Notes under the pieces: generated by a model
Databases searched by the model: none
What the model was told of the DNA's origin: nothing
Seen by the model: the letters and a program-made list of their open reading frames with translations, nothing else
Shown here: positions 58,116 through 64,000 of the stretch, in pieces
How the letters are laid out: every line of letters starts with the position of its first letter
How positions within the stretch are numbered: the first letter of the stretch is position 1
IMG/VR virus record: IMGVR_UViG_3300027747_002579
Span: 1-64,000 of that record
Strand: one strand, 5' to 3'
DNA: 64,000 nucleotides
Source of the DNA: a virus
Translations under genes and position numbers: made by a program

Positions 58116-59510
58116 ATGCCAAAACAAATAGGATGGAGCAATGAGAGTAATCTCCTCTATCAAATCTCTCAACAAATAACAAGGCTAATAAATGTAACAG
58201 GTACAAATGGTGGAGGGTCTATTACAGGATCTGGTACAACAAATTACATTCCTAAGTGGACATCTTCTTCATCATTGAACAATAGTGTTATTTATCAATC
58301 CTCTACAGGTAATATAGGAATAGGCACTACAACACCTTCTCAAAAATTAGATGTTAATGGTAATGTTACAGCTACATATGTTATTGCAGTTAATGAATTT
58401 TATGGCAGCAGTATTAGAGTGAATGGGTTTTATGCAAACACAATAGCTTATATGCCATTTTACTCAAACATATCTCCTTATGGAGAAATAATGAGGGTAA
58501 ATAATAATGGTTCATTATGGATTAACAGGACAACAGATGATGGATCTGGAGCTAAGTTGCAAGTGAATGGTAATATAAGTACGCCTAATAATATTTCTTC
58601 ATTTTTAAATGCAACAACTTTTACATTAAGTAATACTTACATGGGATATGCTGGTGGTAATATACAATTTGCCAAAAGCGATTATGGAACAAGAACGATG
58701 ACCATTTTTGATTCAACAGGCAATGTTTTAATTGGAAGTGGAACATCAGAAATAAACACAGGATATAAGTTACAAGTTGATGGTGGTTTTATAAGTAGAT
58801 TAGGAGGACCAAGCTTTGCCGTTTTAAATTATATTGGTTCAGCAACTTTATATGGTGGTTATGGTGATTTTATAACAAATACTGATAATTATTTTGTAAG
58901 AGCAGACGGTTTAAATGTAGTTCATAAAATACCTTCTACTAATGGATTTATGCTATTCAACACTTCAACTGGAACTGCTATGAAATTGTTAGATAGTGGT
59001 ACTTTTTTAATCAACAGAACAACAGATGATGGAACAGGTTCAACATTACAAGTGAATGGTGGAATTTCTCAAGCTGGAGCAAATAATTATAATTATTTTG
59101 CATCAAAAGTGTTGATAGGTACAACTACTCCAAGTGCTGGATTAATGACTGTTGCAGGCGATATATACCCTAGTGCAAACAATACGTATGAATTAGGTAA
59201 AACTAATAATTTGTGGTTAGCAATAAATACATCAAATTATGTTAATTATGGTTCTACGAATTCGAATTATTTTGCATCTGAAGGACATAAATTTAATGTT
59301 GATTTTGTTTCACCAGTATTAACAATTACAAGTAATAAAAATGTATTAATAGGTACAACAGCAAATAACGGTCGAAAATTAGTAGTAGCTGGACAACAAG
59401 AATGGATAACGACAGTTGGTACTGGTGTACATACAACAAGCGGAAATCACCTTCCTATTTGGGTAAATGGTGTTCAATATTGGTTAGCATTATTAAATCC
59501 TGTAGTATAA
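58116..59510 (+). CDS. Tail fibre protein
   Basis: GNIGIGTTTPSQKLDVNG-type repeats; INRTTDDGxGxxLQVNG twice. Confidence 0.75.
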   Translation: MPKQIGWSNESNLLYQISQQITRLINVTGTNGGGSITGSGTTNYIPKWTSSSSLNNSVIYQSSTGNIGIGTTTPSQKLDVNGNVTATYVIAVNEFYGSSIRVNGFYANTIAYMPFYSNISPYGEIMRVNNNGSLWINRTTDDGSGAKLQVNGNISTPNNISSFLNATTFTLSNTYMGYAGGNIQFAKSDYGTRTMTIFDSTGNVLIGSGTSEINTGYKLQVDGGFISRLGGPSFAVLNYIGSATLYGGYGDFITNTDNYFVRADGLNVVHKIPSTNGFMLFNTSTGTAMKLLDSGTFLINRTTDDGTGSTLQVNGGISQAGANNYNYFASKVLIGTTTPSAGLMTVAGDIYPSANNTYELGKTNNLWLAINTSNYVNYGSTNSNYFASEGHKFNVDFVSPVLTITSNKNVLIGTTANNGRKLVVAGQQEWITTVGTGVHTTSGNHLPIWVNGVQYWLALLNPVV

Positions 59511-59529
59511 ATTTAAATATTAAAATAAA

Positions 59530-59856
59530 ATGGTAAACATTCAACCCGTAGTTTTTCCAATTGTTGGCACGGCAACAAAACTTTCAGTGACAGTTTTAGG
59601 ATTTGCAACTAATGCAAAAACATGTGGCACTTATTATGCTTTATTGACAGACGATAATGTAAAAGTAATTGAAGGCAATTATTATCTCACTGAGGCAGAA
59701 TTTACAGCGTGGGGAGTAGATAATTCATATATCGATGACATTGTAGCATCACATTTAAATGTGGTGATTGTTCCAGAATCTATGGATGATGACGTAGTGG
59801 ATAATGGTGGAGGCGGTGTTCAATCTGCTACATTAGGTGCTCCAAACTTAAATTAA
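59530..59856 (+). CDS. Hypothetical fibre-associated protein
   Basis: Follows fibre gene; A-rich leader. Confidence 0.6.
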   Translation: MVNIQPVVFPIVGTATKLSVTVLGFATNAKTCGTYYALLTDDNVKVIEGNYYLTEAEFTAWGVDNSYIDDIVASHLNVVIVPESMDDDVVDNGGGGVQSATLGAPNLN

Positions 59857-59885
59857 ATTCTTTATATTTGTAAAAAATAAAACCA

Positions 59886-60299
59886 ATGAAAAAAAGTACA
59901 TTAACTATTTCAGATTTCTTAGCTCTTGAAGAAGAATTAACAAATGGAGAGCATTGTCTCCTTGCTCAAAAATTAGCAATGACCACTAAGTATTATTTAA
60001 ATTCTCTGTTAAATAATGTAAAAACAGAAACCACTCCTTGTAACGATATTAAAAATGAGTTGGTAAAGAAATACGGAGAAGAAAAAGATGGAAACTTTAG
60101 CATTAATGTTAAAATCAAGAATGAACAAGGGGAAGAAATTCTCAATCCAAACATGTTAAAGTTTCAAGAAGAGTTTCTTCCTGTTCTAAATATTGAAAAA
60201 GAACTAGAACACAAAGAATTTAAGATTGAAGAATTCAAAGATGTTTCTTCAGAAGGATTCTACCCAGTATTTTATAAACTATTATCTATAGAAGCATAA
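59886..60299 (+). CDS. Hypothetical protein, possible fibre chaperone
   Basis: NELVKKYGEE motif; TATATTTG at 59863-59870 upstream. Confidence 0.55.
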   Translation: MKKSTLTISDFLALEEELTNGEHCLLAQKLAMTTKYYLNSLLNNVKTETTPCNDIKNELVKKYGEEKDGNFSINVKIKNEQGEEILNPNMLKFQEEFLPVLNIEKELEHKEFKIEEFKDVSSEGFYPVFYKLLSIEA

Positions 60300-60607
60300 T
60301 GGAAAACAATTTTAACACAGAACTATCAAAAATGGATCTACGTCTAAAAGAGATGGAAGAAAAGATTGATAATATAACTAAGAAACTTACGCAAGTGGTA
60401 GATGCTATATTAGGCAATTCTCTCACCAAAACAGGTGGATTCATTAATGATATTGAATTGTTAAAACAGAAAATAGAAATTCTAGAGAAGAAAGAATTGA
60501 ACCATGCTGAATTTAAGAAACAAGTGAATTGGACAATAGGCATCCTTGTTGCGTTAAGTTTAGTGGCTCAATATTTAATAACACTCTATTTAAATTTAAA
60601 AAAATGA
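60299..60607 (+). CDS. Coiled-coil plus C-terminal TM protein (holin/antiholin-like)
   Basis: WTIGILVALSLVAQYLI; in lysis cluster. Confidence 0.55.
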   Translation: MENNFNTELSKMDLRLKEMEEKIDNITKKLTQVVDAILGNSLTKTGGFINDIELLKQKIEILEKKELNHAEFKKQVNWTIGILVALSLVAQYLITLYLNLKK

Positions 60608-60807
60608 AATTTGGTTGGGAAGAATATTGGAAACCCACTCCTAAGAACATAAGAAAATTTGCAGATTCTGTAATTGTAGCTTGTGTCTTCTCTGGAGGAT
60701 ATGCTAGTATGAATAACAATCCTATATTAAGTACAACAATATTTATATTAGGATTTGTTTTCAAAATTATCTCTAACTTCTTTTCAGAAACTCCTACAAA
60801 TGAATAA
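60604..60807 (+). CDS. Putative holin (2 TM)
   Basis: MKFGWEEYWKPTPKNIRKFADS then two hydrophobic segments; ATGA-coupled start at 60604. Confidence 0.6.
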   Translation: MKFGWEEYWKPTPKNIRKFADSVIVACVFSGGYASMNNNPILSTTIFILGFVFKIISNFFSETPTNE

Positions 60808-61375
60808 GATATTATATCTAATAATTGCGTTCTTATTGATGATTGTTTTCTTGCAAAAATGTGCAAGTGATAGAAAGACTATCACCCCACCTTCTGTAGA
60901 TACAATTATTGTATACAATACAATTAAAGACACAATTGTAGTTACACCTATTCTTCAACATTCCAGAATAGATACATTCTGGCAGAAAGAACATCCTGCT
61001 GATACAAATTGTACCAAGCTATTAGAACAATACATTGCTTTAGGAAACGAGCACTATGATACAAACATTTATGTAACACCATTTCCTATAAAATATGGAA
61101 GTGTAACAGTGACAGACACTGTTTATGCTAACAAAATATTACATACAAGTGTTTCTTATGATTTAAATATTCCTGAAACAACTATTACAAAAACCATTTT
61201 TCCTGAGAAGAAGAATGAATATTTCATCACTTCTAGCGTTGAGACATTTCCTTCTGCTTCTATAGGACTAATGATGAAGAATAAGAAAGACAACATGTAT
61301 GGACTAAAAATAGGAACTGACTTCAAAGGACATACGTTCTATGGAATAAACACAATGTGGAAAATAAAATTATAA
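60800..61375 (+). CDS. Putative spanin-like lysis protein
   Basis: N-terminal TM/signal ending LQKC, DT-rich linker, C-terminal amphipathic strands; between holin and endolysin. Confidence 0.5.
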   Translation: MNKILYLIIAFLLMIVFLQKCASDRKTITPPSVDTIIVYNTIKDTIVVTPILQHSRIDTFWQKEHPADTNCTKLLEQYIALGNEHYDTNIYVTPFPIKYGSVTVTDTVYANKILHTSVSYDLNIPETTITKTIFPEKKNEYFITSSVETFPSASIGLMMKNKKDNMYGLKIGTDFKGHTFYGINTMWKIKL

Positions 61376-61379
61376 TATA

Positions 61380-61922
61380 ATGGCAAGAAAAATATTTGTA
61401 TCTTCAGGACATGGCGGAATTGATAAAGGTGCTTCTTCAGGACAATTTATTGAAAGAGATCTTACAATAGAATTTAGAAATCTATTAACATTAGAGCTTC
61501 AAAAACTAGGAGTGAAATGGTCTACAGATGCAGACACAAATGCTCTAAAAGAAACATTAGATTTCATAAAGGGGAAGTTTCTTCCTTCTGACATTCTATT
61601 AGACATTCATTTTAATGCAGGTGGTGGAGAAGGTGTAGAAGTGGTAATTCCTAACGTATCTTCTGCATTTGAACAAAGACTTGCTCAATCAATTGTTGAT
61701 ACAATAAGTAAATTGACAGGGTTTAAAAAGAGACAAGGAGGTGTGATTCCTGAATCTTCTACAGCACGAAAAACTCTAGGATGGATGAGACCTAATTCTG
61801 AAAACATATTAATAGAAATGTGTTTTATTGATAACAAATCAGACATGCTCACCTACCAATTAAACAAGGTTAAGATTGCTAAAGAAGTGGCAAAGGTAAT
61901 TTCTGATTTTACAAAATTATAA
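61380..61922 (+). CDS. N-acetylmuramoyl-L-alanine amidase (Amidase_3) endolysin
   Basis: SSGHGG, ERDLT, DIHFNA, ILIEMCFIDN. Confidence 0.9.
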   Translation: MARKIFVSSGHGGIDKGASSGQFIERDLTIEFRNLLTLELQKLGVKWSTDADTNALKETLDFIKGKFLPSDILLDIHFNAGGGEGVEVVIPNVSSAFEQRLAQSIVDTISKLTGFKKRQGGVIPESSTARKTLGWMRPNSENILIEMCFIDNKSDMLTYQLNKVKIAKEVAKVISDFTKL

Positions 61923-61946
61923 CTTCTCACTTTACAAAATATAAAA

Positions 61947-62081
61947 ATGATCAGTAAACAAATAGGCTGGAGTCAAGAAGCAAATCTTCTCTACGAAATT
62001 AGCAACAAGCTGGAAAGATTAATACAAGTGAGTGGAAGTCCTTCAACAACTACATCCACCACCACTACGACAGCACCTTAA
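61947..62081 (+). CDS. 44-aa microprotein: fibre-type N-terminal helix plus Thr tail (not in ORF track)
   Basis: MISKQIGWSQEANLLYEISNKLERLIQVSGSPSTTTSTTTTTAP*; paralog of 58116 N-terminus. Confidence 0.8.
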   Translation: MISKQIGWSQEANLLYEISNKLERLIQVSGSPSTTTSTTTTTAP

Positions 62082-62104
62082 CAAACATAAACCAACAACT
62101 ACAT

Positions 62105-62695
62105 ATGAAAGAGTTAGTATTTATTTGCGAAACATGGAAGCGTTGTCCAGGGTATGAATCTTCTTATGAAGTTAGTACACTTGGGAATGTTAGAAGTATT
62201 GACAGAATATCTGGAAATAGACGTGGAGTGATTAAGAGTAAATTACTAAAATCTTATATTAATAAAAAAGGATATTTAGAAGTAAGATTGTATAAAAATT
62301 CTAAGCACATTTTTAAAATAATACATAGATTGATTGCTAAAGCTTTTTTACCAAATGAAAACAAACCACAAGTCAATCATATAGATGGTAATAAGTTAAA
62401 CAATAGAGTAGACAATCTTCAATGGGTTGATAATTCAGAAAATCAACTACATGCTTATAAATTAGGATTACAACCTAGTAGAGCTGGTGAGAACAATGTT
62501 AAAGCAAAAATTAAAGATAAAGATGTAACTTTATTAAAAGAGTTATATAACTCTGGTAAAACTATTGCTGAAGTTTCTAATATAACAAAAATAAGTGTAA
62601 GTTCAATTAGAGCAATTATTTATGGAAATACTTGGAAATCTAATACAACAGCAATTATAAAAAGAGATGATAGATTTAAACCAACAACAGTATGA
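62105..62695 (+). mobile_element. NUMOD4-HNH homing endonuclease gene
   Basis: WKRCPGYESSYEVSTLGNVRS (NUMOD4), IHRLIAKAF, VNHIDGNKLNNRVDNLQW. Confidence 0.92.
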
Positions 62696-63702
62696 TTAAA
62701 GAATTAAAGTTTTTGTGCTCGCAGCCAGATGATTCGTATTATAAATGGCAAACACATCTATGGCTAGAGAGTCTTAAGAAAATAGGAAAGAGTGAACAAG
62801 CTATTGTATTAGTTTACACTCCCGCAGAAAGGCAATACAATACAGAATGGGACGAATTAAAAGAACTCTATCCAGAAGCAACATTTGGTTTCTATAGAGA
62901 TGAAGATGGTGTATCAGACTTTATTCCAATTTATATTCCAGTGTTGCGTCCTTACACATTAATGAGATGGTTCAAAGATCATCCAGAGATGAAAGACAAA
63001 GCCATTTTCTATTGTGATTGTGACATTGTGTTTACAGAGAATTTCAACATCGATGCTTACATAAATGATGATGTGTGTTATCTGTCTGACACAAACTCTT
63101 ACATAAACGCTTCATATTTTGATAGCAAGAAAAATGATGTTCTACAGGACAAACAAGAACTATACAACACAAGAGACGTATTAAACGAACTCACATCTCT
63201 TATAGGAATAAATAGACAAATAGCTGAAGCAAATAATTTACATTCAGGAGGAGCACAATATCTTCTGAAGAACATAGATTATAAGTTTTGGCAGAAAGTG
63301 TTTAGTGATTGTATTCTTATTAGAAGATTTTTGTTAAACATTAACGGACAATTCTTTGAGAGTGAGAACAAAGGATTTCAAAGTTGGTGTGCTGACATGT
63401 GGGCTGTCTTGTGGAACCTTTGGTATAAAGGATACACAACACAAGTGGTGAAAGAAATGGACTTTGCATGGGCAACTGACCATATATCAAGAATGGATTC
63501 TATAGGACTGTTTCATAATGCAGGAATATCCAATACAGATATGGGACATTACAAAGCATTCTATAAAGGAAAATATATACATGGTGTCTCTCCATTCAGT
63601 GATTTAGATGAGGTGTATAACAACGAAGAGAGTAAGAAGTATTGTACACATTATTATGTCAGTCAGTTGGTAGAATTGAAAAACAAATACAATTTAAAAT
63701 AA
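62692..63702 (+). CDS. GT-A fold glycosyltransferase resembling peptide O-glycosyltransferases (GT96/GT95-like)
   Basis: YYKWQ, YIPVLRPY..RWF, DxD in FYCDCDIVF, GGAQY, WCADMW, FHNAG. Confidence 0.7.
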   Translation: MIKELKFLCSQPDDSYYKWQTHLWLESLKKIGKSEQAIVLVYTPAERQYNTEWDELKELYPEATFGFYRDEDGVSDFIPIYIPVLRPYTLMRWFKDHPEMKDKAIFYCDCDIVFTENFNIDAYINDDVCYLSDTNSYINASYFDSKKNDVLQDKQELYNTRDVLNELTSLIGINRQIAEANNLHSGGAQYLLKNIDYKFWQKVFSDCILIRRFLLNINGQFFESENKGFQSWCADMWAVLWNLWYKGYTTQVVKEMDFAWATDHISRMDSIGLFHNAGISNTDMGHYKAFYKGKYIHGVSPFSDLDEVYNNEESKKYCTHYYVSQLVELKNKYNLK

Positions 63703-63707
63703 ATAAA

Positions 63708-64000
63708 ATGCAATTAGACAACAAATTAAAAGCGTTCGTTAGATATGATGGATCAGAAAGAATCGTTCCTGGTTCTCTCATTCTTAGAAAAAACAAGCCT
63801 AAAGTGGGCAATTGGAAGCAAGTGTCTTCAAACTATTGTTGTGATGGCATAGGTATTAATTACACTCCTGGTAGCTTAACTATTGCAAATGTTGATTTGA
63901 CATTAACGTGCTCTAGTGGAAAATCTATTGTTGTAAATACAAATACAGCATCCACTAACATGGTGACATTGTTAGCAGCATTAAACACTTCTGCAGGATA
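63708..64000 (+). CDS. Hypothetical (probable structural) protein, truncated by window end
   Basis: MQLDNKLKAFVRYDGSERIVPGSLILRKNKPKVGNWK...YCC; open to window end. Confidence 0.65.
   Translation, partial: MQLDNKLKAFVRYDGSERIVPGSLILRKNKPKVGNWKQVSSNYCCDGIGINYTPGSLTIANVDLTLTCSSGKSIVVNTNTASTNMVTLLAALNTSAG

Noticed and set aside
60529-60799. Track starts at 60529, 60755, 34900 and 510
   Set aside because: Downstream ATGs (60604, 60800, 34906, 516) give coupled overlaps and more plausible N-termini
1-64000. Stop-codon reassignment, known in some Crassvirales
   Set aside because: Genes are full length in code 11 and TAG, TGA and TAA all end genes at tight junctions; no suppressor tRNA seen

Overview
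The window is 64 kb of a crAss-like (Crassvirales) dsDNA phage genome, most likely infecting a Bacteroidota host (TAnnTTTG promoters, A-rich leaders without Shine-Dalgarno). All credible genes are on the + strand, in genetic code 11. It holds essentially the whole late/virion region. In order: small HTH, HU-like and Cys-rich genes; terminase, portal, probable scaffold, major capsid, ring/hub/auxiliary capsid proteins; a separately promoted metallophosphoesterase; tail ring proteins, an IHF-like gene, an HNH gene and an apparently split muzzle (tail-stabilisation) gene; five large ejected cargo proteins including a 4744-aa virion RNA polymerase (DFDID); tail fibres; a lysis cassette; a NUMOD4-HNH gene; and a DxD glycosyltransferase. 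Best candidate for an undescribed system: a phage glycosyltransferase whose motifs resemble plant peptide O-glycosyltransferases (GT96 SERGT/GT95 HPAT), together with mucin-like Thr/Ser tracts on at least five predicted virion proteins, suggesting a phage-built O-glycan coat. Second candidate: cargo polyproteins punctuated by recurring xxxG(G) motifs, carrying cassette-like enzymes (Cys/His papain-like, lysozyme-like, R-S-E ADP-ribosyltransferase, M15 peptidase, second ART, PD-(D/E)xK nuclease). All assignments come from motifs read by eye and recalled gene order; no searches were run.
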